Below, one piece after another: positions 16,428 to 34,718 of a DNA stretch of 64,000 nucleotides. Below the pieces are notes generated by a model. It saw only the letters and a list, made by a program, of their open reading frames with translations. It was not told the origin of the DNA and did not search any database. This DNA is from the human T2T-CHM13v2.0 reference genome, Homo sapiens. The position numbers and the translations under genes are program-made. Each line of letters opens with the position of its first letter. Position 1 is the first letter of the stretch. The stretch is taken from the NCBI RefSeq assembly GCF_009914755.1, contig NC_060944.1. One strand, written 5' to 3'.

Positions 16428-17799
16428 GTAGACATGGCTCCCTCCCGATTCTTTCCTCAGTTCTTTCTGGAAATATTCCCCTTACATCAGGGCACCCAGA
16501 GAGCCCACGACACACACAATCCCCATTGGGAACCTGCCTCTTAGTCCCTGGGTTTGGAGACTACAGGGGCTAGATTGTGCAAAAGGCTGCTGGAAGGACA
16601 CAGTATACAGGCGGAGACGTAGGAATTGTTAGAAGATTCCTGAGATGTCATGGAGATCTACAAGTATGTTCCATCTTGACCTGGACTCAGGACACCCATT
16701 GACTGTTGAATCTGATATATATCAATACAAATGGGTGGGTTCTTTCACCAGACCATGGGCTTCTCAAGGGGGACCGTATATCTTGCTCACCTCTGCATCC
16801 CCAGTGGTGAGAGCCCAGCACACAGTGGGGGCTTTATAAATACTTGTTAAATAGAGCAAAGTCAACTCTATATAGGTAAATGTTGGCTAGTACTTTGATT
16901 CTCTTGGTGTCACTTACAAAGTGAATTAAGAGTTCGCATCTGCTCAAAGTGTGCAGTAACTCTGCTGTGTGTACACCTTCCCTGTACACCTAAAATTATT
17001 TCAAAACAAAAGGTTCACCTGCTTTCAGGCTACCATTTAAAACAGAACCACCCTGGGGTAGATGGGCTTTAGGAATATTTAACATATTTAGATCTGAGGA
17101 ATACGCAATTTCTTTTCCAGTGAGAATCTAAATAATTTAAAACTTAGCAAATGTAAAAATTGTTTCATGTATTTTTGCATTATTTCTAATGTACTATGTA
17201 CATAGATAAAATACTTATAAATAAAACAGTACTTTTTAAGATGTGGTTCTTAACCCTCCATTTCACCATTAAATCTGTGTTTTTCAAAAACACTGACCAC
17301 CCCCGCAACCCCCACCCCCAGGAACTCTGACTCCCAGCTCTGGGGTGGGGCCCAGGAAGCAGAACGTTCCATGAGTTCCGTGCAGGGTTGAGAAGCACTG
17401 GTTTGGTGATAGTGCGGCAGGATATTTGAAACAATGACTGTTGGAGAATTGGGATCGCTGGTCTGCTTAAACAAAGCTTGATCAAAGGTGATTGGCAGCT
17501 ATTGAATTGATCTCCATGACTCCCTCATAGAATATTCTGGACCCCTAATGCTGTGTAGGTGCTGCTGTATTTGCACCTCCTCCCCATGAACATAAAATGT
17601 CACCTAGTCTCCTGGGTTTGTGTGTCGTGTGGGTGTGTGTGCGGTCTTCTAGGTTTGTGTGTGTGTCGTGGGGGGGGGGTGCGGTGTGGTCTTAATTGTT
17701 AATGCATTTGTTTATTAATTTAACCAGTATTTGTTGAGTTACTGCATATACCAGGCACTGTTTCAGGTGCAGAGGATACAATAGTGACCAGGACAGGTG

Positions 17800-18225
17800 C
17801 CATCAGGGCCACGTCTATATCCCTTAGGGTGGCCTGTGGACCTCCAGGTGCCAGCATCTGCATGCCTGGGCCCAAGGGGCTTTTCTAGAACCAGTGCACG
17901 GGGCAGGCAGGAAGTGCCTGGGAATTAAAGCCCCCTGGGTGCAGCTCTCGAAGACCAACAAGTTGATGTATAAACCCCTCCACTCCCTTGACCCGTGGGA
18001 GAGGCAGTTCTGAGATGTGGATTTTAGACCATCTCAGCTTTTCCTCATAGGGCTCATCTCTGGTCACTACCACAGAAGCACCTATGCAGGCTGCTCTCCC
18101 GCATCTCTCTCACTTCCCCGATCCCCTGCTGGTGTCTCCTTCACCTTCCAAACAGCCTCCTTGCACTTGAATCCTTGCCCCGGGGTCTGCTTCTGGGAAA
18201 CCAAAATGAAGACAGTTTCTGCCCA
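17800..18225 (+). mobile_element. LTR16-like ERVL LTR remnant
   Basis: 3' end cttgcacttgaatccttg...ctgcttctgggaaaccaaaatgaagaca; similar pieces at about 43140-43440 (-) and 60700-60990 (+). Confidence 0.55.
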
Positions 18226-18332
18226 CAGAGAGCTTTTATTCTAATGGTGAGACAGAGTGGCCAGGCTGACCAACGGCCCGAGCCCAGAAAGGCTTCCTCA
18301 CATATGTCCTTGGTTTGTTTTTCTCTTCCCAG

Positions 18333-18510
18333 GACTATCCTTCCTACCCCGGCTTCCCCCAGAGCCAGTACCCCCAGTATTACGGCTCATCCTACAACCC
18401 TCCCTACGTCCCGGCCAGCAGCATCTGCCCTTCGCCCCTCTCCACGTCCACCTACGTCCTCCAGGAGGCATCTCACAACGTCCCCAACCAGAGTTCCGAG
18501 TCACTTGCTG
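18333..18510 (+). CDS. EYA2: EYA2 coding exon (probably exon 7), 178 nt, [20 protein letters not shown]...QSSESLA(G)
   Basis: Acceptor ttctcttcccag|GAC, donor CTG|gtaggt; phase 0 to 1; inside ORF 18315..18767; P/S/Y-rich EYA N-terminal sequence. Confidence 0.97.
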
Positions 18511-18533
18511 GTAGGTGCAGTCACTGGTGGGGC

Positions 18534-18700
18534 CATTCATGGCTGTGGTCTGAGAGCTTCTATGAAGGAGGGACCCGCACATGGGTCCCAATTGTAACAA
18601 ACAGGTTACCCAAGGGTCATTCATGGATGTGGCCTGAGAGCTTCTCTGAAGGAGGGACCTGGATATGGGTCCCAGTTGTCACAAACAGGCTCCCAAGGGC
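18534..18700 (+). repeat. Two-copy tandem duplication, period 84 bp
   Basis: cattcatggctgtggtctgagagcttctatgaaggaggga... vs cattcatggatgtggcctgagagcttctctgaaggaggga... Confidence 0.95.
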
Positions 18701-19004
18701 TAAATCCATCTCTCAGACATGTTTTGTTGGCCTGTTTGTGCATGTGTTTAATTGCATTTACGTTTAAAAGTCAGAAAATTTTATAAATACCTAAAAATTC
18801 TATTTTCTGGCTTCTTTTGAAAGAAGATCTGGCCATAGTAGCCACATTCCCAAGGAACACCACTTGGTTAAAACTAAGTGTGTCTGCTCTTTTTAGAAAG
18901 GACACACCCAATTCCACATCTAGCTAGCTTACCCCATGTTCATTACTGCCTGGCCCATGTAGGCCTTGGAGTTGATGAACCCTGGTAGTATTTATAATAT
19001 TACC

Positions 19005-19310
<306 letters not shown>

Positions 19311-19866
19311 TACCCATCTGTTTCGTGCTGAGCACATACCTGTGTGGTCTTCTCTAATCATTTACTTATATATTTATTCAACAAATATTTGGTAAGCTCC
19401 CACTGCATTCCAGGCCCTCCCTTTAGTTTGGGAAATAAAGTGCAGTGTAGAGTTAAGCTTTGCAGACAGGAATCAAATAATCATACAAATATCTCATTAC
19501 AAACTGTGATAAGGAGAGGCATAATCCTCACAAAAACAGGTTTATATTATCCCCACCCTTTTTCTAGATAAGAACAATGAAGATGAGAGTGATAAGGAGC
19601 TTGCTAGTGATTGGTGGGGCTAGGATCCCAATCCCAGTTTGTTGGCCCCCATAACCAGCACTCCTGCTATGCACTGGCCATACACAGCCAGGAACTGTGT
19701 ACACAGCCTGGCTGTGTACGGCCAGGAATATGTTATCTAAAATCCGTTTGAGAACAGAAGGGCAGAGGCTTTCAAATGTTGATTCTTTGTCTAAGAGGGG
19801 TTCAAGTATAGCGACTCAGGGTCCTCAAGAATTATACAATCCTTTAAAACATCCTTAAGCATGTTC

Positions 19867-20725
19867 ATTTTTTTTTTCTTTCAACTTGTATTTTAGGTTT
19901 GGGGTACACATGCAGGTTTGTTACATGGGTAAATTGCATGTCGTGGAGGTTTAGTGTACAGATAATTTTGTCACCCAGATAATCAGCACAATACCCACTA
20001 GGTAGTTTTCCAGTCCTCACCTTCCTTCCATCCTCTACCCTCAAGTAGGTCCTTGGGTCTATTGTTCCCTTCTTTGTATCCATGTGTACTCAATGTTTAG
20101 CTCCCACTTATAAGTAAGAACATGTGGTATTTGGTTTTCTGTTCCTGTGTTAATTCACTTAGGATAATGGCCTCTAGCCCTATCCATGTTGGTTCAAAGG
20201 ACATGATCTTATTTTTTATGGCTGCGTAGTATTCCATGGTGTATATATACCACATTTTCTTTATCCAGTTTGCCATTGATGGGCATCTAGGTTGATTCTT
20301 TGTCTTTGCTATTGTGAATAGTGCTGCAATGAACATACACATGCATGTGTCTTTATGGTAGAAAAATTTATATTCCTTTGGATATATACCCAGTAATGGG
20401 ATTGCTGGTATATATCCAAATGGTAGTTTCATTTTAAGTTCCTTGAGAAATCTTCAGGCCGCTTTCCACAGTGGCTGAACTAATTTACATTCCCATGAAC
20501 AATGTATAAGCATTCCCTTTTCTCTGTAACCTTGCCAGCATCTGTTATTTTTTGACTTTTTAATAATGGCCATTCTGATTGGTGTGAGATGGTATATCAT
20601 TGTGGTTTTGATTTGCATTTCCCTAATGACCAGTGATATTATTTTTTCATATGCTTGTTGGCTGCATGTATGTCTTCTTTTGAGAAGTGTCTGTTCATGT
20701 CCTTTGCCCATTTTTTAATCGGGTT
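19867..20725 (-). mobile_element. 5'-truncated L1P (old L1PA/L1PB) 3' end
   Basis: ORFs 20097..20432 and 20454..20711 translate to ORF2 C-terminus ([28 protein letters not shown]); poly-T tail at left. Confidence 0.92.
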
Positions 20726-22467
20726 ATCTTTAAGGATGTTTGTTTCTGATGGCACAATAGTTTTAGGAAACCCTTTTGATTAGCCAAGATTTTTTGGCTT
20801 CAAAAGACATAGAAAATCCAATTCAAACTAGTTTAAGAAAAAGCAAATGAACTTTTAGGCATATCTAACCTAGATGTACAGGGGTTTAGAGCTAGGTCCA
20901 GGTGTTCCAATGACAATGTTGAGACTTAGTTTCTCTCTTCCTTCTGGCTCTGAATTTTCCTGGGTTCGTTCCGTTCTCAGGCAAGCTCCTCCCCTATGGT
21001 GGCAAAGATGGCCACCAGCTACCCAGAGCTCAATCCTGTCTGCTAATCCATCCCAGCAAACATAGTTCCTCCTTCTTAGCCATTCCTGCAAAAGTCCCAA
21101 GTAAAGCTCCCATTGGCCCAGCTTAGGTCACATGCTCATCCCCAAACCAATCTCTGTGGTCAGTGGAATGGAATGCTGGGATGAAGCAGCAGACTTTGGG
21201 CTCATGCCTACGGCTGGAGCTAGAGTTGGGGTCAGCCTCACCTCAACCACCAGGGACTGAGAGTGAGGAAGAGGTGATCACCTCAAAAAACCTAGAGCAT
21301 TGTAACTACAAGAAGACAGAAGAGACACTGGGTGAGCAAAAACAATAAATGTCCACAACCTTGATATGGATGCCACCTACACTATGAGCAACATGTGGCA
21401 GAGTCCATGTCCTGACCCCTCTGTGGTCACAGAACTTGGTATGTAACATCCCTATGCAACTAATGCACCAGCCTGTGGATTCATTCATTCATTCCCCAGA
21501 CCTGCTATGCACATCTTCTCTTTTACAAGGTGGTTTTGGCTTATCAACATTAAATAACATGGCAGCAATACGTTAGAATGTCAGTAGATATCACTGAGTT
21601 TCGTTCCTTTGTCTTCTTTTCTGAAACCTACTGATGCTGTAGGGCTTTGCAGAAGCTAAGCTAGCACGATGGTGTGGAGACAGTCATCAACAAATATTAA
21701 TTGGTTGATTGTTAGAAAAGGAACAATAGGGAAGACCCACCTGTTTTGTTCCTGGGGTTCTTGGTGTGGCTATTGATTTTAGCCCTTAAATTTTCCATCA
21801 CTGGGAATGAGTGAGTTATCCTTGGTTTGATGACAAATGGAGACAATATGGCAAAGCATGTTAAATAAAGTCAACTTTTTAAAAGGTTTAGAGCTTGAGC
21901 ATTGATTTTGGTCATTGTGATCTCATCCCAGAATATTTAATGATGCATAGTACCTATTTAATAACTTTCTTTGAAGAGTTTGAAGTTTAACAAAGTTTTT
22001 CTCTGTCATCATCTTGAATTATCTTTAGCCATCCTGATTTTCAGAATGTGGTTCTTCCGATCTCATTTCAACAAAGGAGATAAAAACAAAACATTGATGA
22101 GAAATTAGGGCAGAGAGGAACTATAAGCAGGAAACCATCGAGTAGATGCCACTATCCGTCTATAATTCAATGGTGAACTGAATGGCAAACGAAAAACTTA
22201 CCTCCCCAGAATTTGAGTTTTGTGGGAAGGTTCTCTTCATTCCCATCAGGAGTGAATATAAAGGCTCATTGTGTCTTTGAAATTTTTCTGTCTTGTTTCC
22301 CTCTGTTCTTCCTTTATCCCTTGATCAAAGGTTCAACAGTAAGTGGTTGAGATGGTTTTTACTGTGTGTCTAACAAGCTGACATAAAATCTAATGACGTA
22401 AATAATGGTCAGCTGTAGCTGAGGTCTCCTGCCTCTTTTTCCTAGTGTTCACTGTAAAGGAATTTAA

Positions 22468-22496
22468 GCATATGTGTGTGCACATGCGCACGTGCG

Positions 22497-22545
<49 letters not shown>
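22468..22545. repeat. Compound (TG)/(CG)/(CA)n alternating purine-pyrimidine tract
   Basis: Read directly. Confidence 0.95.
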
Positions 22546-23397
22546 TCATGCACTCTTTTTAAATTTCCCATAAAAACTCTACTTTTGAAATTATCCAGGA
22601 TATCCTTGAGTGGTTGGTTCCAAACTCCAGAGGCTCTAGAGGTTTACTGACAGACAGATCACACTCACTGTGTGCACTGCCTGGATATAGTATTTTGGTG
22701 CTCTCACCACTCACATCCCCCATGCACCCCATCCTCGCCACAGGACACTCTGCATTGACATGCATTAATGTGTGTGTGAAGTGCCAACAATTTGCAGATG
22801 ATTACAGGGCAATTTGCTGATATAGAGGGCAGAATCTGAACATCTCATGTTACTTAAGAGAAAAACCAAATCATTGGTTACTTAAGGATTTTTTTCTTTT
22901 TACATTTTTAAGTATGATACAAATTATCTAAAAAGAAGTTGAAGGATTTTTTAACTTCTAAGATCAACTTCCTTTGCCAAGAGAAGAAGAATTTTTTTAA
23001 TCTCTCAAGAAGAAATTGGGAAGGCTCTTCCGTGTAATTTGGCAACATCTAACAAAATTTAAAATGCATAGACCTTTTAACTCAACTATTCGACATCTAA
23101 GAATTTATCCGGAAGATAAACTTTGACCTAGGTACAAACACTTAAGTAAAAAGAATACTTATTTTTTTCACTGATTAAAAATTTATTAATACTATTATGC
23201 AAATAATTTTAGTGATAACCACAAGGGTTTTGTACTGTTAGTACATAAATACATACAAAAATGCATTTTGAAACTTCTTGTATCCCCTTTATCCTTTTCA
23301 ATTTCTGTTTATGTTTGCTCTACAATATATATGATGGATCTGTGCAGTAGAAAATTTTTTGCTGATGAGTATGGTACAATCAGAAATGTTTGGAGAC

Positions 23398-23770
23398 TGT
23401 ATCAGTTTCTTCTTGCTGCTGTAACAAATTATTATGACCTTTGTGTCTTAAAACAACACAGTGATATTTTACAGTTCTGGAGGTAAGAAATGCAACATGG
23501 CTCTCACTGAACTAAAATTGAGGGGTCAGCAGGGTTATAGTATTGGAGGCTCCAGAGGAGAATCACTTCCTTGCCCTTCTACCTGCAGAGGCCACCTGCC
23601 TTCCTTGGCTCATGACCCTGCATCATTCCAGTTTCTACTTACATTGTCTCATCTCCTTCTCTAACTCCTGCCCCCGACCCCTTATAAGGACTGTTGTGAT
23701 TCCACTGGGCCCACTCAGAGAATCCAGGATCATCTCCCCATCTCGAAGTCCTTAAGTCAGTCACATCAAG
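23398..23770 (-). mobile_element. MLT1-type MaLR LTR
   Basis: tgtatcagtttc...gctgctgtaacaaatta...ttaaaacaaca...acagttctggagg. Confidence 0.7.
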
Positions 23771-24595
23771 AATATTTATTTTTTAAAAAAAGAATATTTA
23801 TTGCAGCAGCATCATAGCAAAAGGCTGGAAACAACCTGGATACCATGCCATTAACAGGAAACAGGTTAAATCAATCATGGTGCATCCACCAGTAGCATAC
23901 TATACAGCTGTTAAAAAGAATAAGTTAGATATATTTGTGCTACTATGGGTTTCTCTTTGAGCTATTGTGATAGGTTAAAAAAAAAAAGCAGGAGGCAGAA
24001 TTACATGGGTAATGTGAGCCTGAGTTTTTTAAAAGTTTAAGTGTAGCTTAATACCCATATTTACTCATATTCCATAAGGAATTTCTAGAAGGATGCAATA
24101 AGAACTGTTAATAGTCATTTTCTCTGGAGAGGAAAACAAGATCTGGAGTGAAAGGAAAAGACTGTATGTAACAGGCAATCTGTAGAACACTCCACCCAAC
24201 AGCAGCAAATACACATTCTTTTCAAGTGCACATGGGACATTTACCAAGATAAATATTAATATCTTCTGGGCCATAAAACAAGTTTCAGTACCTTTAAAAG
24301 AATCAAGGCATACAAAGCATGTTCTCTGACAGCAGTGGAATTAAATTAGAAATAAATTTCAGAAAGATTTTTGGGAAGTTCCCAAATCTTCAGAATCTCA
24401 ATAATATACATTTCAGTGACCCATGGGTCAAAGAAGAAATCAATGGGAAATTAAAAAGCACTTGGAACTGAATGAAAATGAAAACAAATATATCAAAATT
24501 TATGGAATGTCATTAAAGCAGTACTTAAAGGGAAACTTACAGCACGAAATACCTGAATTAGAAAAGAAGACACAATTACCACAGGTATCAGGTGA

Positions 24596-24698
24596 AGGAA
24601 GGGAGGGAGGGAAATGAGGGAGGGGGGAGGGAGGGAAATGAGGGAGGGAGGGAGGGAAATGAGGGAGGGAGGGAGTAAAGGGGAGTGGAGGGGAGGGA
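24596..24698 (+). repeat. G/A-rich minisatellite (gagggagggaaatgaggg x3) between L1 pieces
   Basis: Read directly. Confidence 0.9.
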
Positions 24699-24792
24699 AG
24701 ATTGGTCAAAGGATACAAAATTTCAGTTAATAGGAATAAGTTCAGAAGAACTATTGTACAATATGGTGACTATAGTTAATAAATAAGGTATT

Positions 24793-25458
24793 TGTATTAG
24801 TCTATCTTCATGCTGCTGATAAAGACACACCTGAGACTGAGCAGTTTACAAAGGAAAGAGGTTTAATGGAGAACTCAGTTCCATGTGGCTGGGGAAGCCT
24901 CACAATCATGGCTGAAAAAAAGGAGAAGCAAGTCACATCTTACGTGGATGGCAGCAGGCAAAGAGAGAACTCGTGCAGGCGAACTGCCGCTTTCTTAAAA
25001 CCATCAGATCTTGCGAGACTCGTTCACTATCACAAGAACAGTGCAGGAAAGACCCTCCTTCTTAAAGAGACAAGGTCTTACTCTGTCACCCAGGCTGAAG
25101 TGCAGTGGTACGATCATAGTTCTCCGTAACCTGGAACTCCTGGGCTCAAGCAATCCTCCCTCAGCCTCTCAAGTAGTTGGGACTACAGGTGTGTGCCACC
25201 ATGCGCAGCTAATTTTTAAATTTTTTGTAGAGATGGGGACTTGCTCCTCCTTGTCTTCGGCCATGATTGTGAGGCTTCCCCAGCCACATGGAACTGAGTT
25301 CTCCATTAATGCTCTTTCCTTTGTAAATTGTTCAGTCTCAGGTATGTCTTTATCATAATTCAGTCACCTCCCACTGGGTTCCTCTCATGACATGTGGGAA
25401 TTGTGGGAGTTACAATTCAAGATGAGATTTGATGGGGACACAGAGCCAAACCCTATCA
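24793..25458 (-). mobile_element. THE1 solo LTR disrupted by a half Alu (25067-25237) and an inverted copy of itself (25238-25355)
   Basis: tgtattagtc...ccctatca; TSD gtatt/gtgtt. Confidence 0.9.
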
Positions 25459-25677
25459 GTGTTATATACTTGAAACTTGCTGAGAGAGTAGATTTTAAGT
25501 GTTTTTAGTAAAAAAAAAATAAAAAATATGTGAATGTTAATTAGCTTGATTTAGCCATCCCCAATATATACATATATCAAAATATGTTGTACATCATAAA
25601 TATACACAATTTTTATTTGTCCAATTAACAAATCATCATCATCATCTACAGGGTTGCTGTGAAAATTGAAATAAAAA

Positions 25678-26339
<662 letters not shown>

Positions 26340-26469
26340 TAACATGCAAATATAAATAATGATTAATGAAAATATATTTAAGAACTCACTTTAACCCAGA
26401 CAGTTAAATATAATAATTTTCATCCAAAGATATGATTATTTAACTTAATTTAAAATTTTTTAAAAATAA

Positions 26470-30210
<3,741 letters not shown>

Positions 30211-30308
30211 TAAAAGAGAGAAAGAAAAAGAATGAAATTACTCCAAGAAAGGTTTACATAAATTGTGCTATCCTGTGGATCTCTGACTGTGACCTTGAAC
30301 TTTTACTC

Positions 30309-30923
<615 letters not shown>

Positions 30924-32123
30924 CTCCTCATTCTCAAGAATGTGTACGTTTGGGTAAAGGCCTGGGTTTTTCTGTTTGTTTTTTTGTTGTTTTTTTTTTT
31001 GGTACCCCTGCGAAATTGGTTTCACACAGACCTTATTTTAGACATTTCTTAGATAACTAGCATTTACCCCTCTTTTTAATATTTGCCTGTTTTAATGGGG
31101 GGGGCAAACAAATGTTTTCTAAGCCCAGTAGCCTTAAACTACCAAGTGAACCAGGAAAGACCTTATTTACATTGCTCTTCAGCATCTGTGAATTGAGAAG
31201 AAATTCTTTTTCCAGAGGAAAGTCTTTGCTCACTCAATGTTTGGGAATCTCTCATGCTGCATCCTGAAGACTCTGGGGAGGTGGAAAACACCCAGCCATC
31301 CTGACAGCGCAAAATCATGTCTTGTCTTATTATGTCCTTAGTCTGTTAAGAAGCTTTTATAAATATTAAATAAACAAAGTTCAGTCCCTTGGGTCTTAAA
31401 GGGAAATAGTTCTTTCAGTGTAGAAAAAAACTCTCCCTAGCCAAGTCTTTTTAGACAAAGGATTTTCCCCTGATGATCCAAGAACTGGCAATTAGGGCAG
31501 GAAGGATGGGGTCTGTGTGACACATTTGGGAGCTAAACCAAGCAACTGTAAAGTGAGAAAATGGGATGGGATGTCCTCGAAGGTTCACGCTGTTTTACAG
31601 TTCTGTCACTCACGAGTGACAAGGACAGGTCCAAATTTTAGTTCTGGCTCTGCCACTCATTTGCAGACTCACATGGTCCAGTAAGTCACCTCACTAAACC
31701 TGAGTTACCTCGTTAGCTAAATAAGGATAGTAAAGTACAATCAAAAGCCATGCATTTAAAACATCTGTGCGTAAGCAGCAACACAGCTCTGATGCTGGCT
31801 TTAGGACCTGGGTCGGGGACAGTGCTGCTTCACTTGTTGGTGACCACTAGACAATCGCCGGTGGGCACAAGTGTGACAGCCTCTCAGTGGGGCCACACCC
31901 AGGAGCACCCCAAAGTGAGAAGCAGCAAGGACCCACATTCTGTGCTGCGTCTCTCACTAATCCACACATATCCATGGGTTGACTCCAGCCAGAACTCCAT
32001 TCAAGTCACCTCCTAACTGCCAGGCCTGTGCTAGATGCTCTCGCCTATATAATCTCATTTACTTCTCAGATTGACAGCTCTCAGCAGGTAAAGCTTAAAA
32101 GGCTTGCATTTAATAGAGAAGTG

Positions 32124-32437
32124 GCGGGGCACAGTGGCTCACGCCTGTAATCCCAGCACTTTGGGAGGCCGAGGCAGGTAGATCACCTGAGGTCAGGAGT
32201 TCGAGACCAGCCTGACCAACAGGGTGAAACCTCGTCTCCCTGTCTCTACTAAAAATACAAAAATTAGCCGGGCATGGTGGTGGGTGCCTATAATCCCAGC
32301 TACTTGGGAGGCCAAGGTAGGAGAATTGCTGAATCCAGGAGGCAGAGTTTGCAGTGAGCCGGGATCACGCCATTGCACTCCAGCCTGAGCAACAGAGCGA
32401 GACTCCGTCTCAAAAAATAAAAATTAAAATAAAAAAA
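32124..32437 (+). mobile_element. Alu (S-like)
   Basis: Alu consensus; TSD aatagagaa. Confidence 0.92.
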
Positions 32438-32782
32438 TAGAGAATAGAGGGAGCCCAGCAGGGAGAGGAAAGTAGAGAATCCTTCCCATGCAGCCCCCGT
32501 TTACCTCTGGGGCAGAGAGAGGGGAATCTTCTAAAGGTGGAAGAGTGTAATGCTCAGCTACAGATAAATACGTGTTGCCCTCCTTCTGTTCATCTAGGCA
32601 TGCTCAGGATTTCAGATTGAGAGAGTTGTAAATGCATAACTCCTCCATCATTACAGCACCCAGTGGCCCCTCCCTCACTCCCTGACCGAGGCCTTCCCTG
32701 ACTAGCCCCATATAAATGAGTCACCTTTCAGCCCTCCCCGCTGCCCCACCCTGATTGATTGAATACTTGATTGGTTGATTTT

Positions 32783-33051
32783 AGAGAAGAGGCCTCGCTC
32801 TGTTATCCAGGCTGGAGTGCAGTGGCGCTATCATAGCTCACTGCAACCTCTAACTCCTGGGCTCAAGCGACCCTCCTACTCTGCCTCCCGAGTAGCTGGG
32901 ACTATAGGCATGCACCACCACACGAGGTCAACTTTTCTATACTTCATAGAGACAGGGTCTTGCTATGTTGCCTAGGCTGGTCTCAAAGCAATCAAGCGAT
33001 CCTCTCACCTTGGAGGTGCTGGGATTACAGGCGTAAGCCCCCACGCCGGGC
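32783..33051 (-). mobile_element. Alu (J-like, internally deleted)
   Basis: Reverse Alu consensus. Confidence 0.85.
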
Positions 33052-33416
33052 CCCCTGACTTGTTAATTCTCTGTGGCACATTTCCCTCCCGGGCTTGGTG
33101 TATGCTTACTTGTCGATGTGTCTGATGACTGTCTCCTCTCACTAGCGTTGAAGTGCTGTGAGAACCAGGACATAATCCCACTGCCTGGAGCAGTGCCCGC
33201 TGACCAAGTGTCTGCTGGATGGATGAAAGATAATGAAGGTCACCAATGGGCAATTTAAGGGACTTCCAAGGGCAGTTTTCATCCTACGAGATCTTTGCCT
33301 CTGGTGCTGCCTTGGAACCCACTGCTTTGGAGCTAGACGGTGCTGTTGGGATATTTCCCAGGAGGAGACACCCAGCAAAGCTTCTGATTTGTCCACCATT
33401 CCCTTTCTTACGCCAG

Positions 33417-33559
33417 GTGAATACAACACACACAATGGACCTTCCACACCAGCGAAAGAGGGAGACACAGACAGGCCGCACCGGGCCTCCGACGGGAAGC
33501 TCCGAGGCCGGTCTAAGAGGAGCAGTGACCCGTCCCCGGCAGGGGACAATGAGATTGAG
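33417..33559 (+). CDS. EYA2: EYA2 coding exon (probably exon 8), 143 nt, (G)[15 protein letters not shown]...[21 protein letters not shown]
   Basis: Acceptor ccctttcttacgccag|GT, donor GAG|gtaatc; phase 1 to 0; basic patch preceding the EYA domain; inside ORF 33233..33583. Confidence 0.97.
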
Positions 33560-33739
33560 GTAATCCAAAGGGGCTCTGTGTGACCTGGTGAATGTAATCT
33601 CCATCTGAGGCCCAAACAAGAGTGGGGACAGAGTTTTCTCCAAGTACGAGGCGGAGAATCGCCCTTCGTGTTTTACAAAGCATGAGCAGGGAAGCATGAG
33701 GTTGTCCAAGCAGGTAGCCCTGGGGCCAGGACAGAAGAG

Positions 33740-34718
<979 letters not shown>

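Noticed and set aside
18534-18700. Repeat structure considered as CRISPR-like or a mobile element
   Set aside because: Two adjacent copies with no spacers, TSD or terminal repeats, in primate DNA
20097-20711. ORFs resembling L1 ORF2 C-terminus
   Set aside because: Frameshifted, 5'-truncated L1 remnant; not a gene
33233-33416. In-frame upstream extension of exon 8; possible acceptor tttcccag at 33361
   Set aside because: That acceptor is 55 nt upstream (frameshifting) with a short pyrimidine tract; no support for the extension
33142-33709. Long antisense ORFs over exon 8 (and 18298-18624 over exon 7)
   Set aside because: Expected shadow ORFs opposite GC-rich coding exons
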